Source: Candidatus Latescibacterota bacterium (GTDB taxonomy: Bacteria; Latescibacterota; UBA2968; UBA8231). From it: a stretch of 64,000 nucleotides of DNA. Of this stretch, positions 18,714 through 28,452 are shown piece by piece. Location of the stretch: positions 4,032,001 to 4,096,000 of the forward strand of contig OZ252098.1 of NCBI GenBank assembly GCA_965248355.1. The letters run 5' to 3'. How positions within the stretch are numbered: the stretch's first letter is position 1; every line of letters begins with the position of its first letter. The notes under the pieces were generated by a model, which did no database searches, was not told where the DNA came from, and saw only the letters and a list, made by a program, of their open reading frames with translations. A program made the position numbers and the translations under genes.

Positions 18714-20488
18714 TCGAGACGGCAGAGCCGGGCGTAGATCCCGTCCCTGGCGATCAGCTCCTCGTGGCGCCCCCGTTCCCGCACCTGGCCTCGGTGGAGC
18801 ACGAGGATCTGGTCGGCGCTGCGGACCGTCGACAGGCGGTGGGCGATGACCACCGACGTGCGGTCGTGCATCAGCCGCTGCACGGCCTCCTGGATCAGCT
18901 GCTCGGTCTCCGTGTCGATGCTGGAGGTGGCCTCGTCGAGGACCAGGATCGCCGGGTCGAAGGCCAGGCAGCGGGCGAAGGAGAGTAGCTGGCGCTGGCC
19001 CGCCGACAGGCTCGAGCCGCCCTCGGCGACCGGCTGCCCGTAGCCCCGCGGCAGGCGTTCGATGAACGGCTCCGCCTTCACGTAGCGCGCCATCCTTCGC
19101 ACCTGCTCCGGAGAGATCTCGCCGTTCCCCAGGCGGATGTTGCTCTCCATGTCCCCCGAGAACAGGAAGACGTCCTGCTGCACGATGCCGATGCGGCGCC
19201 GCAGGGCGTTCACGTCCCACTCGCGCACGTCGAGGCCGTCCACCCTCACCGAGCCCTCCTGGACGTCGTAGAACCGGCACAGGAGGTTGACCACCGTCGT
19301 CTTGCCCGAGCCGGTGGCTCCCACCAGGGCCAGGCTGTGGCCGCCCGGCACGGTGAAGGAGACGTCGCGCAGGACCCAGTCCGCGGCCGCCGCCTCGTAC
19401 TTGAAGTGCACGTTCTCGAACTCGATCACCGGCGCTCCGGACGCCTCCACGGGCGGCGGGCGGCCCCCGGCCCCGGCCGGCTCGGTCGGCGTGTCGAGGA
19501 GCTGGAAGATGCGCTCCGAGGAGGCCATGGCGCTCTGCAGCAGGGCGTAGCGGTCGGAGATGTCCATGATCGGGCGGAAGAAGCGCCGGATGTACTGCAG
19601 AAAGGCCGCCAGCACGCCCAGCTCGATGCGATCCTGCAGGACCGCGCCGGCGCCGTACCACACGACCAGGGCCGTGCCCACCGTGGAGACCCACTCGGTG
19701 AAGGGGAAGAACAGGGCGTAGTAGAGGATCTCCCGGTCCTCGGCGCGACGGTAGGGCAGGTGCTCGCCGTCGAAGTCGCGGCGGTTGCGGCCCTGGCGGT
19801 TGCACAGCTGCACCACCTCCATGCCGGTGATGTTCTCCTGCAGGTAGGCGTTGAGCCGCGCCAGGCGCAGCCGCAGCTCGCGGTAGGCCCCCATGGCCCG
19901 GCCCTGCAGGTAGAAGGTGGCCACCGCCACCACCGGGACCACGAGGCAGGAGATCAGGGTCAGGCGCAGGTCCATGAAGGCCATGAAGCCGATGATCGCC
20001 GCCAGCGTCGCCAGGTCGATGAACACGGAGACCACGCCCTCGGTGAAGAACTCGTTCAGGGCCTCCACGTCGTTGGTGGTGCGCGTCATGGTGCGGCCGA
20101 TGGGCGTGCGGTCGAAGTAGCGCATGGGCAGGCGCTGGAGATGGGCGAAGATCCGATGCCGCAGGTCGCGCATGACGAGCTGCCCCGTCATCTCCGTGAC
20201 CCGCGTCTGGCCGTACTGGGCGGCGTACTGGACGGCGAGGGAGCCGAAGTAGAGGACGACCAGCGTGTGGAGGCCGTCCAGGTCGCCCTGCCGGATGTAG
20301 TCGTCGATGCCGATCTGGGTGAGCCACGGTCCGAGCTGGCTGGAGGCCGCGGCGGCCACGATCAGGACCAGGGCGGCGGCCACCCGGCGCTTGTAGGGGG
20401 CCAGGCAGGCCACCAGCCGCACGGCCAGGCGCAGGTCGAAGGGCCGCTCCTGGATCTCCTCTTCCCGGGACGCGGGGACCGGGCTCAC
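18689..20488 (-). CDS. ABC exporter, fused TMD+NBD subunit 2
   Basis: GATGSGKT, LSAGQRQ, LVLDEATS, IAHRLST. Confidence 0.95.
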   Translation of the reverse strand: MSPVPASREEEIQERPFDLRLAVRLVACLAPYKRRVAAALVLIVAAAASSQLGPWLTQIGIDDYIRQGDLDGLHTLVVLYFGSLAVQYAAQYGQTRVTEMTGQLVMRDLRHRIFAHLQRLPMRYFDRTPIGRTMTRTTNDVEALNEFFTEGVVSVFIDLATLAAIIGFMAFMDLRLTLISCLVVPVVAVATFYLQGRAMGAYRELRLRLARLNAYLQENITGMEVVQLCNRQGRNRRDFDGEHLPYRRAEDREILYYALFFPFTEWVSTVGTALVVWYGAGAVLQDRIELGVLAAFLQYIRRFFRPIMDISDRYALLQSAMASSERIFQLLDTPTEPAGAGGRPPPVEASGAPVIEFENVHFKYEAAAADWVLRDVSFTVPGGHSLALVGATGSGKTTVVNLLCRFYDVQEGSVRVDGLDVREWDVNALRRRIGIVQQDVFLFSGDMESNIRLGNGEISPEQVRRMARYVKAEPFIERLPRGYGQPVAEGGSSLSAGQRQLLSFARCLAFDPAILVLDEATSSIDTETEQLIQEAVQRLMHDRTSVVIAHRLSTVRSADQILVLHRGQVRERGRHEELIARDGIYARLCRLDYGRVTAG

Positions 20489-22293
20489 AGCCGCTCCAGC
20501 TCGGCGGCCAGCTGCTGGCGGCGGGCCAGCTCGGCGTAGAACCCCCCGGCCGCGGCCAGCTCCTTGTGGGTGCCGCTCTCGGCGATCCGTCCCTGGTCGA
20601 GGACGACGATGCGGTCGGCGTCCCTCAAGGTGGAGATGCGGTGGGCGATGAGGATCGTCGTGCGCGACGCCATGATGCCGCGCAGGTGACCGAGGATCGC
20701 CTCCTCCGTATGCGTGTCCACGGCCGACAGGGCGTCGTCGAGGATCAGGATCCCCGGCCGCGCCAGCAGCGCCCGGGCCAGGGTCGTGCGCTGCTTCTGG
20801 CCCCCCGACAGGGTGATGCCGCGCTCCCCCACGAGGGTGGCGAAACCGTCGTCGAAGGCCTCCACGTCCTCCCGCAACCCGGCCTCGCCCGCGGCGGCGA
20901 GGATCAGGTCCTCGCCGGCCTCCTCCACCGCGTAGCCGACGTTGGCCCGCACCGTGTCCGAGAACAGGAAGGGGGTCTGGGCCACGTAGCCCATCGCCTC
21001 GCGCAGCTCCTCGAGGGGCCACTCCGGCAGCGGCGCGCCGTCGAGCAGGACCCGCCCCTCGGTCGGCTCGATCAGCCTCGGGATCAGCCGCGCCAGCGTC
21101 GTCTTGCCGGAGCCCACGCGGCCCACGACGCCGAGGGTCGAGCCCGCCGGGACGGTGAGATCGATCCCCTCCAGCGCCGGCAGCCCCTCGTAGGCGAAGC
21201 CCACGCCCTCGAACCGCAGCTCCCCGCGGATCCTCGTGGAGCGCCGGCCCCGGCCCTGCTCCGCCCGGTCGCGCACCCCGGCCGGACCGGCCTCGGCTGG
21301 GGAGGCCCCGGCCGCGAGGTCGTCCGAATCGCGGATCTCGGGACGCACCGCCAGGACCTCGTCGATGCGGCGAATGGCCACCAGGGCGCGCTGCAGGCGG
21401 TCCACGACCCAGCCCATGTGGCCGATGGGGCGGATCAGCATCGTCAGGTAGGCGTTGACGGCGACGAAGTCGCCGATGCTCAGGGCCCCGGCGGTCACCT
21501 CCCGGCCTCCGAGCCACAGGTTCATCCCCAGGCTCAGGGAGGCGATCAGGAAGGTGAGGGGGCGGTACACGGCGCGCGTGTGGATCAGGCGCCCGTTGCG
21601 CTCCAGGTACTCCTGGTTCAGCCCCCCGAAGGCCCGGGTCTGGGCGCCGCCCTGGTCGAAGGCCTTGACCACGCGGATCCCGGTGAGGTTCTCCTGGACG
21701 AAGTTGCTCATGTGGCCGAAGAAGTCCTGGATCGCCCGGAACCGGGAGTGCACCAGGGAGGCCATGCGGATGACGAACAGGCTCAGGAGCGGCACCGGGA
21801 CCAGCACCAGCAGGGTCAGCTGCCAGTCGATGCGGCACATCATGAAGATGGTGAACGAGAAGATCAGGACGGTCTCCACCACGCCCCGCAGGCCGTAGAC
21901 GAAGAACAGGCGGACCTGGTTGAGGTCGTTGGTGGCCCGCGCCATCAGGTCCCCGGTCCGGTGCCGCTGGTAGAAGGACAGGGGCTGGCGGAGCAGGTGC
22001 CCGAAGTAGGCGGTGCGGATGTCGAACTCGATCCAGGTGGCGGCCACGCCGAGGAGTCGCCGCATGGCGAAGCCGCCGGCCGCCACCAGGAGGGAAAGGC
22101 CGAGGATGCGCAGCGCGTTCCCCTCGACCAGGGCGGCCGCGTCCGCGGCCGAGGTCGATGCGAGGGCGTCGACGGCGGCGCCGATCTCGCGGGGGATGAG
22201 GGAGTTGGCCGCCTGGGACAGCAGGATCGTCCCCGCGCCCAGGGCCATGCGGAGGCGGTACGGCCGGGCGTAGGGGGCGAAAGGTCCGAGCAT
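20485..22293 (-). CDS. ABC exporter, fused TMD+NBD subunit 1 (degenerate Walker B)
   Basis: GRVGSGKT, LSGGQKQ, LILDDALS; heterodimeric exporter pair; alternative TTG start at 22329. Confidence 0.95.
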   Translation of the reverse strand: MLGPFAPYARPYRLRMALGAGTILLSQAANSLIPREIGAAVDALASTSAADAAALVEGNALRILGLSLLVAAGGFAMRRLLGVAATWIEFDIRTAYFGHLLRQPLSFYQRHRTGDLMARATNDLNQVRLFFVYGLRGVVETVLIFSFTIFMMCRIDWQLTLLVLVPVPLLSLFVIRMASLVHSRFRAIQDFFGHMSNFVQENLTGIRVVKAFDQGGAQTRAFGGLNQEYLERNGRLIHTRAVYRPLTFLIASLSLGMNLWLGGREVTAGALSIGDFVAVNAYLTMLIRPIGHMGWVVDRLQRALVAIRRIDEVLAVRPEIRDSDDLAAGASPAEAGPAGVRDRAEQGRGRRSTRIRGELRFEGVGFAYEGLPALEGIDLTVPAGSTLGVVGRVGSGKTTLARLIPRLIEPTEGRVLLDGAPLPEWPLEELREAMGYVAQTPFLFSDTVRANVGYAVEEAGEDLILAAAGEAGLREDVEAFDDGFATLVGERGITLSGGQKQRTTLARALLARPGILILDDALSAVDTHTEEAILGHLRGIMASRTTILIAHRISTLRDADRIVVLDQGRIAESGTHKELAAAGGFYAELARRQQLAAELERL

Positions 22294-22354
22294 CGGACCA
22301 AAGGAAGCCCCGGGCCCCGGGGGCTTCAAGGATCCCGACCGCCGGAGGGGCGGC

Positions 22355-22960
22355 TCAGGCCTGGGCGGCGATCTCCGGGAAGCGCTCCAGCAGCCGGGGG
22401 CGGATGGCCCGCAGGGCCCGGCCCCGGTGGCTGACCGCCCCCTTCTCGTCGGCGCTCAGCTCGGCCAGGCCCCGTCCGGCCTCCCGGGCGAAGAACACGG
22501 GATCGTATCCGAACCCGCCGGCACCGGCCGGCGCCTCGAGGATGCGCCCCTCGCAAACGCCCTCCGCCGTGGCCAGACGCCCGTCGGGGGCCGCCGCCAC
22601 CAGGCAGCAGCGGAAGCGGGCGCCGCGTTCGCGGGGGGGGGCGCCGGCCAGGGCCTGCAGCAGCAGCCGGCAGCGGCCGCCGTCGTCGAGGCCCTCGCCG
22701 CCGTAGCGGGCCGAGGCCGCGCCCGGGGCGCCTCCGAGGGCGTCCACCTCGAGGCCGGAGTCGTCGGCCAGGCTGACGCATCCCGAGGCTTCGGCGAAGG
22801 CCCGGGCCTTCAGCAGGGCGTTGTCGTGGAAGGTGGCGCCCGTCTCGGCCACCCGGAGCCCGTGCAGGCCGCGGTCGGCGGGCGAGACCGTGGCGATGCC
22901 GCTCAGCAGCCGGCGGAACTCGGCGAGCTTGCCCGGGTTGCCCGTGGCCACGAGCACCAC
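22355..22960 (-). CDS. rdgB: Non-canonical purine NTP pyrophosphatase (RdgB/HAM1)
   Basis: ATGNPGK, ETGATFHDNALLKA, DDSGL, GFGYDPVF, SHRGRA. Confidence 0.95.
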   Translation of the reverse strand: MVLVATGNPGKLAEFRRLLSGIATVSPADRGLHGLRVAETGATFHDNALLKARAFAEASGCVSLADDSGLEVDALGGAPGAASARYGGEGLDDGGRCRLLLQALAGAPPRERGARFRCCLVAAAPDGRLATAEGVCEGRILEAPAGAGGFGYDPVFFAREAGRGLAELSADEKGAVSHRGRALRAIRPRLLERFPEIAAQA

Positions 22961-22967
22961 GGCCGGG

Positions 22968-24314
22968 CTAGCGGCCTTCGGCGGTGGCCTGCGCCGCTTC
23001 GAGCTCCTGCAGCCTGTGGTTGCAGTAGTCGCGCTGGCGGCTGTCCTTGCTGCCCCGCTGGTACCAGGTGCGGGCCTGGCCGATCTCCCCGAGATCGACG
23101 TGGGCGTCGGCGAGCACGACCATGGCGGCATAGTAGTCCTTGCGCCCGCGCAGGGCCTCCCGGGCCGCCTTGGCCGCCGGGCGGGCCTGACCCGTCCCCA
23201 GGTAGGCCTCGCTCAGCCGGTAGTGTCCCACGGCGTTCTTCGGATCGATCTCGACCGCCCTCTTCAGCGCCGTCACCGCCTCGTCGTAGCGCTGGAGGTG
23301 GTTGAGCGTGGTGCCGAGCAGCACCAGTCCGGCGGAGTACTCCGGGTCGACCTTGACCGCCTTCTTCAGGGTCTTCACGGCGCCCTCCAGGTCCTCGGAG
23401 GCGAGGCGCACCCGCGCCAGTGCGGAATAGGCCTGCACGACGGAGCCGTCCACGGCGATCGCCTTCTCGTACATCCGCGCCGACTGCCGCAGGTCGCCGT
23501 GCTGGTGGTGGATGTGCCCGAGGGAGAGGTACGGCCACGCGTAGTCGGCCTCCTCGGCGATGGCCGCCTCCAGGGCGGGAACGGCCTGGTCCGGCTGGCG
23601 CAGGCTCAGATGGCACAGGCCGATCACGTAGTGGGCCTTGGCCCGGTGTCTGTGGTGCTTGGGCCCGTGGTCCCTGGCCCCCTGCACCAGCGAATCGATC
23701 CAGGCCGGCGGGGATGCGCTCTCTCTCAGGGGCCGCAGCTCGCCGTCGAGGACGGCCTCGAGCAGATCGATCCAGTGGTGGTCCGGCTGGTAGCGCAGCG
23801 ACGTCTCGAGATGCCGAATGGCCTCCCCGAAGCGCCGCTGCCGCCGGGATTCCAACCCTCCATTGAAGTAGAAGCTCGACAGCTGGATGGCGTAGCTGTG
23901 GCGCAGGGAAGCCCTCAGCGAATCGATCCAGGCCCGTGGCGCCGGGTCGGACTTGAGCAGCGTCTGCCGCAGCGAATCGATGAACGCCCGGGGCTGGCCC
24001 ATGGGTTGCTGCAGACCGTGCCGCAAGGCGGCTTCGAGAGCGGCCGCCGCCTCGAGGGGGTGCCCCAGGGCCTGGTGGGCGCGGCTCAGGGCGTAGTACG
24101 CCACGTCGTAGGTCGTGTCGATGGCGATGGCCGCCTCCAGCTCGATGGCGGCGTTGCGGAAGTCCCTCTTCCTCAGGAGGTCGTACCCGGGGCGGTAGCG
24201 CTCGATCGCCTCCTGTGACTGGGCCGTGGCGGCCGCGGCCCACGCGAAGGCCGCGATCCCCAGGGCCGCGGCGAGGGCGCGGGCCCCGGGTCGGGGGAAT
24301 CTGCTCGAGGTCAT
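22968..24314 (-). CDS. Secreted tetratricopeptide-repeat protein with two inserts
   Basis: Signal peptide (AWAAAATA-Q), multiple TPR units such as AVTALKRAVEIDPKNAVGHYRL. Confidence 0.85.
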   Translation of the reverse strand: MTSSRFPRPGARALAAALGIAAFAWAAAATAQSQEAIERYRPGYDLLRKRDFRNAAIELEAAIAIDTTYDVAYYALSRAHQALGHPLEAAAALEAALRHGLQQPMGQPRAFIDSLRQTLLKSDPAPRAWIDSLRASLRHSYAIQLSSFYFNGGLESRRQRRFGEAIRHLETSLRYQPDHHWIDLLEAVLDGELRPLRESASPPAWIDSLVQGARDHGPKHHRHRAKAHYVIGLCHLSLRQPDQAVPALEAAIAEEADYAWPYLSLGHIHHQHGDLRQSARMYEKAIAVDGSVVQAYSALARVRLASEDLEGAVKTLKKAVKVDPEYSAGLVLLGTTLNHLQRYDEAVTALKRAVEIDPKNAVGHYRLSEAYLGTGQARPAAKAAREALRGRKDYYAAMVVLADAHVDLGEIGQARTWYQRGSKDSRQRDYCNHRLQELEAAQATAEGR

Positions 24315-24444
24315 TATCGGTAATCCGTGATCGGCTTGGTGGGGGAGGGAGCGGGCCGTTCAACCTAACCGGCGGCTTCGCCGGTTGTCAAAGCGGGAAA
24401 GGGCTGCGTACGTTCCTGACCCCGGTCTCCGCCCCCTTTTCGAG

Positions 24445-25455
24445 ATGCGCTGGTACGAACTCGATCCCTCCTACTGGCTCTACTACGCCGCCGACTGGTG
24501 CCGGGACGAGCTGCCGGGCACGCGCACCGGCGCCGTGGGCATCGGCTTCTTCGAGCTCGCCGCCGAGCTGTGGCCCTGGGTGCTGGCCGGTGCCGCCCTG
24601 AGCGCCGTGGCCTCCCACTACCTCCCGCGCACCCGCCTCGGGGCGCTGCTCTCCCGCCACCGCCGCGGCTCCGTGGTCGGCGCCTCCCTCATCGGCCTGG
24701 TCTCCCCTCTGTGCACCTTCGCCGCCATCCCCGTCGTCTCCCGGGTCATGGCCTCGGGGGTCCCGGCGGCGCCCCTCATGGCCTTCCTCTTCGCCTCGCC
24801 GCTGATGAACCCGGCCCTCTTCTTATATACCCAGGGAGCCCTCGGCCTCGAGATGGCGGTGGCCCGCACGGTCACCGCCCTCGGCATCGGCCTGGCCGCC
24901 GGCTTCGGCACGGCGGCGCTGCAGGGCCGGGGGTGGCTCGCCAGCCTCGGGACGGCGCCCTTCGCCGTGGCCGGCGGCTCCGGCCCGGCGGCGGCCGAGG
25001 CGCCGGCCGGTCCCGCCCTGTGGCGGCGGTTCGCCCGCGACTTGTCCTTCATCTCCCGGTGGTTCGCCCTGGGCCTCTTCCTGGCCGCCCTCGTCTCCAC
25101 CTTCCTCACCCCGGAGATGATCCGCGCCGTCCTCGGCTCCGGGAACCGCTGGTCGGTGCCGTCCGCGGTCGCCCTCGGCGTCCCCCTCTACGCCTGCGGC
25201 GGCGCCGCCATCCCCATCGTCGAGACCATGGTCCGCATGGGCATGGCTCCGGGCGCGGCCCTCGCCTTCTTCATCGCCGGCCCGGCGACCAAGCTCCACA
25301 CGGTAGGCACCCTCGGCGCCGTCTTCGGCCGCCGGGTGCTCGCCTGGTACCTGCTGGTCATGCTCCTGGGCGCCCTCCTCTGCGGATCCCTCTACCCATT
25401 CGACCAACCACTGAGAACGCCGCCCTACGGCGAGCTGCCCCGGGACCCGTTCTGA
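24445..25455 (+). CDS. Permease (ArsP/DUF318-like)
   Basis: SPLCTFAAIP, FLFASPLMNP, PLYACGGAAIP, FFIAGPAT; many TM helices. Confidence 0.8.
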   Translation: MRWYELDPSYWLYYAADWCRDELPGTRTGAVGIGFFELAAELWPWVLAGAALSAVASHYLPRTRLGALLSRHRRGSVVGASLIGLVSPLCTFAAIPVVSRVMASGVPAAPLMAFLFASPLMNPALFLYTQGALGLEMAVARTVTALGIGLAAGFGTAALQGRGWLASLGTAPFAVAGGSGPAAAEAPAGPALWRRFARDLSFISRWFALGLFLAALVSTFLTPEMIRAVLGSGNRWSVPSAVALGVPLYACGGAAIPIVETMVRMGMAPGAALAFFIAGPATKLHTVGTLGAVFGRRVLAWYLLVMLLGALLCGSLYPFDQPLRTPPYGELPRDPF

Positions 25456-28448
25456 GCCGCCGGCTGCAGCCCTCGGCCGCGGCCATCCTGTGGCTGGCCG
25501 CATCGGTCGCCGGGACGCCGCCGGCCGGCGCCTTTCCCTACACCCTCGAGTGGAAGCGCCTCGCCGGGGACCCGCCGCCGGCCGCGGTGGTCGAGTCCGG
25601 GGATCGGGTCGTCTTCGCCGAAGCCGGGGGCGCCATCACCGCCCTGGGGCGCCGGGACGGGCTGCGCCTGTGGCGGGCGCGTCCCGGCGGACCCGTAGGC
25701 CCGGCGTTGGCCGCGTCGGGTCCGCGCCTGCTCTTCGCCGACCGCCGGGGCCTCGCCGGGGCCTTGAGCCTGGAGACGGGCCGGCCCCTGTGGTCCCTCC
25801 GTCTGCGCGGCCGGGGGTCCTGCCGCCTGGCCGTGCTCGATGACCTCGTGCTGGTCCACGGCGGCGACGGTGTGCTCCACGCCCTCGAAGCGGAGACCGG
25901 GCACGAGCGCTGGCGCCTGCGCACCGGCCTGCGGCCCCACTCCGAGCCGGTCGTCCGGGACGGGAAGCTCGTCGTGGCCGCCGCCGGCCGCCTGCTGGCC
26001 GTGGACCCCTCGACCGGCCGGCGCCTCGCCTCCCAGCCGGTGGAGGGGATCCGCCTCCTCGCCGCCGGGCCGCGGGGGGTCTTCGTCTCCGGCGGCGGCT
26101 CGGTGCGCGCCTTCGACGGCGATCTGCGGCCGCTGTGGACGAGCTGGCTCGGCACCGGTCTGACCGCGGCACCGGCCCCCGCGGGCGGTCAGCTCTGGTG
26201 CCCGGGGGCCAACGGATTCCTCTACGCCCTCAACCCGCGGCGGGGCGAGGTGCGCTGGTCCCTGGACCTCGGGGGCCGGCCCACGGGCCCCCCGGTGGCC
26301 GCCGCCTCCGGCGTGGTCCTGGCCACCGCGGAAGGGGAGCTGATCGGGGTCGAGGCCGACGGCCGCGTGCTCTGGCGCCAGCGGCTGGCCGCCGGCCGGG
26401 CCTCCGTCGCCGCCGGCGCGGACCGGCTCTACGCCGCCGGCGACGGGCGCCTCCACGCCTTCGCCCCGGCGCCGCTGCGGGGGGCCCCCGGCGACACGGT
26501 CTGGTGGGAGGCCCGCTCCGGCGGCCGCAAGACGGGCTACGGCTGGAGGCTGTGGAGCGAGGAAGGGGATTCCCTGCGGCTCTCGGAATACGCCGTCGGC
26601 TGGCGCCGAGGCTTCGTCGAGCTGCGCGCCGAGAGCGTCCTCGACGCCCGGGACCTGTCCGTGCGGCGGGTGAGCCGCGCCCGCACCGACGCCAGCCAGG
26701 TGCTGCGCACCGAGGTCGCCGCCGCCGGGGCCGGCCTGTTCCTGGAGCGCCGCCTCGGTCCCGGCGCCGAGAGCTGGACCGTGCCGGACCCCGGCGGGGT
26801 CACGCTGGCCGCGGCCATCCCCCGCCGGCTGGCCCGGGGGCCCCTGCGCCCCGGCCGGCGCGACACGCTGCTCGTCCTCGATCCGGAGAGCGGCGTCCTG
26901 CGGCCCGTGTACGCCCAGGTCGGCACCACCGCCGCCGGCGAGACCCCGGTGACCCTGCGCTTCGGCCCGGCGGTCTCGCCGCCGCCGCCCGCGGCCGGAG
27001 ACCTGCCGCCCGACCTGCTGCCGGATCTGCGGGTCCACCTGTGGCTGGACGAGGCCGGCCGCGAGATCCGCGCCCACGCCCCGGCCCTGGCCACCGCCGA
27101 GCGCCGCGTCGGCGCCGGGGAGGCCCTCGCCTGGATCCGCCCGGAGCCGGGGGAACCTCTGCGCCTCGACCGCGAGGTGCCCCGGCCGGGCCGGCTCGAC
27201 AGCCTGTGGATCGGCTGGCCCGCCGCCCAGGGAGAGGTGAGTCGCCTCTTCGTCCTCGACGGGCGCCAGAGCCTGGCGGCGGACTCCTCCGGATCGGTCC
27301 TGACCGTGCGCCGGGAGACCCTGCCGGAGCAAGGGCTCTCCGTCTCCGAGGTCGCCGCCCTTCCGGCCCTGGCCCCGTACCGGGCCCCCTCCCTCTACAT
27401 CCAGTCCGAGGCCCCGGCGATCCGCGCCCTGGCCGGCCGTCTCGTCCCCGATCCCGGCGCCGACAGCCGCGACGCGGCGCGGGTCCTCCACGACTGGGTC
27501 CACGATCACATGGAGCCCGCCCACACCGACGTCCGCTTCAAGACCTCCCTCGAGGTGCTGCGGGACCTGCGGGGGACCTGCTCGGAGTACACCGTGCTCT
27601 TCGCCGCCCTCAGCCGCGCCGCCGGCATCCCCGCCCGCGTGAGCGTCGGCTTCGCCGTCTCCGCCGCCGGCGAGCTGGTGCCCCACATCTGGCCCCAGGT
27701 CTTCGTCGGCGAGTGGGTCGAGGTCGATCCCTCGTGGAACGCCTTTCCCGTGGAGGCCGCCCACGTCAAGACCGGCCAGGGTCTGCTGCACCCCGCCCAC
27801 CTCGAGCGCCTCAACCTGCCCCTGGAGCTCATCGGAGCCGCCGCCGGCGGGCCTCGGCTGGTGCGCTTCGACGCCGAGGGCCAGCCCCCCTCTCTGGCCG
27901 TGGCCGAGAGCCTCCACGCCGCGGCCCTGGAGGCCGAGCGGCGCTTCGAGGACGAGGCCGCCCAGGCGGCGCGCTACGAGCTGGCCGCCCTGCCCCTCAA
28001 CCGCCGCAGCCGCGAGGCCCTCACCGCCATCGCCGGCTTCCATCTCGAACGCGGCGGGCTCGAGGAGGCGGCCTGGGCCCTGGACCGGCTGGAGAGCCTC
28101 GATCCCGCCGCGGCCGGCGCCGTCCTCTACCACCGCGCCCGGCTGCGGGAGGAGCGCGGCGACCCGGCGGGCGCCCGCCGGCTGCTGGAGGATCTGGTGG
28201 CCGGCTTCCCGGAGTCGGATCTCGCCGACGACGCCCTCGGACGCCTGGCCGCCCTGGTCGCCGACAGCGAGGGCTGCCGCCGCGCCCGGCCCCTCTACCG
28301 CCGGCTGGTGGAGACCTACGCCGGCTCCGGCTGGGCCTCGGTGGCGGCCTCGGCCCTGCGCCGCTGCTCGGAGCGGGAGGCCCTGCTGGAGGACCCTTCC
28401 CCGGGGGCGGCCCGCGTGGACTCTGTTCGCGGCCGGGGTTATCGTTGA
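25452..28448 (+). CDS. Secreted PQQ-like beta-propeller + transglutaminase-like + TPR protein
   Basis: Repeated LxALDxxTGxxxW blades; GTCSEY..GIPAR..HIWPQV..WVEVDPSW (Cys-His-Asp); C-terminal TPR (FPESDLADDAL); start uncertain (CTG 25452). Confidence 0.75.
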   Translation: MSRRLQPSAAAILWLAASVAGTPPAGAFPYTLEWKRLAGDPPPAAVVESGDRVVFAEAGGAITALGRRDGLRLWRARPGGPVGPALAASGPRLLFADRRGLAGALSLETGRPLWSLRLRGRGSCRLAVLDDLVLVHGGDGVLHALEAETGHERWRLRTGLRPHSEPVVRDGKLVVAAAGRLLAVDPSTGRRLASQPVEGIRLLAAGPRGVFVSGGGSVRAFDGDLRPLWTSWLGTGLTAAPAPAGGQLWCPGANGFLYALNPRRGEVRWSLDLGGRPTGPPVAAASGVVLATAEGELIGVEADGRVLWRQRLAAGRASVAAGADRLYAAGDGRLHAFAPAPLRGAPGDTVWWEARSGGRKTGYGWRLWSEEGDSLRLSEYAVGWRRGFVELRAESVLDARDLSVRRVSRARTDASQVLRTEVAAAGAGLFLERRLGPGAESWTVPDPGGVTLAAAIPRRLARGPLRPGRRDTLLVLDPESGVLRPVYAQVGTTAAGETPVTLRFGPAVSPPPPAAGDLPPDLLPDLRVHLWLDEAGREIRAHAPALATAERRVGAGEALAWIRPEPGEPLRLDREVPRPGRLDSLWIGWPAAQGEVSRLFVLDGRQSLAADSSGSVLTVRRETLPEQGLSVSEVAALPALAPYRAPSLYIQSEAPAIRALAGRLVPDPGADSRDAARVLHDWVHDHMEPAHTDVRFKTSLEVLRDLRGTCSEYTVLFAALSRAAGIPARVSVGFAVSAAGELVPHIWPQVFVGEWVEVDPSWNAFPVEAAHVKTGQGLLHPAHLERLNLPLELIGAAAGGPRLVRFDAEGQPPSLAVAESLHAAALEAERRFEDEAAQAARYELAALPLNRRSREALTAIAGFHLERGGLEEAAWALDRLESLDPAAAGAVLYHRARLREERGDPAGARRLLEDLVAGFPESDLADDALGRLAALVADSEGCRRARPLYRRLVETYAGSGWASVAASALRRCSEREALLEDPSPGAARVDSVRGRGYR

Positions 28449-28452
28449 GAAC

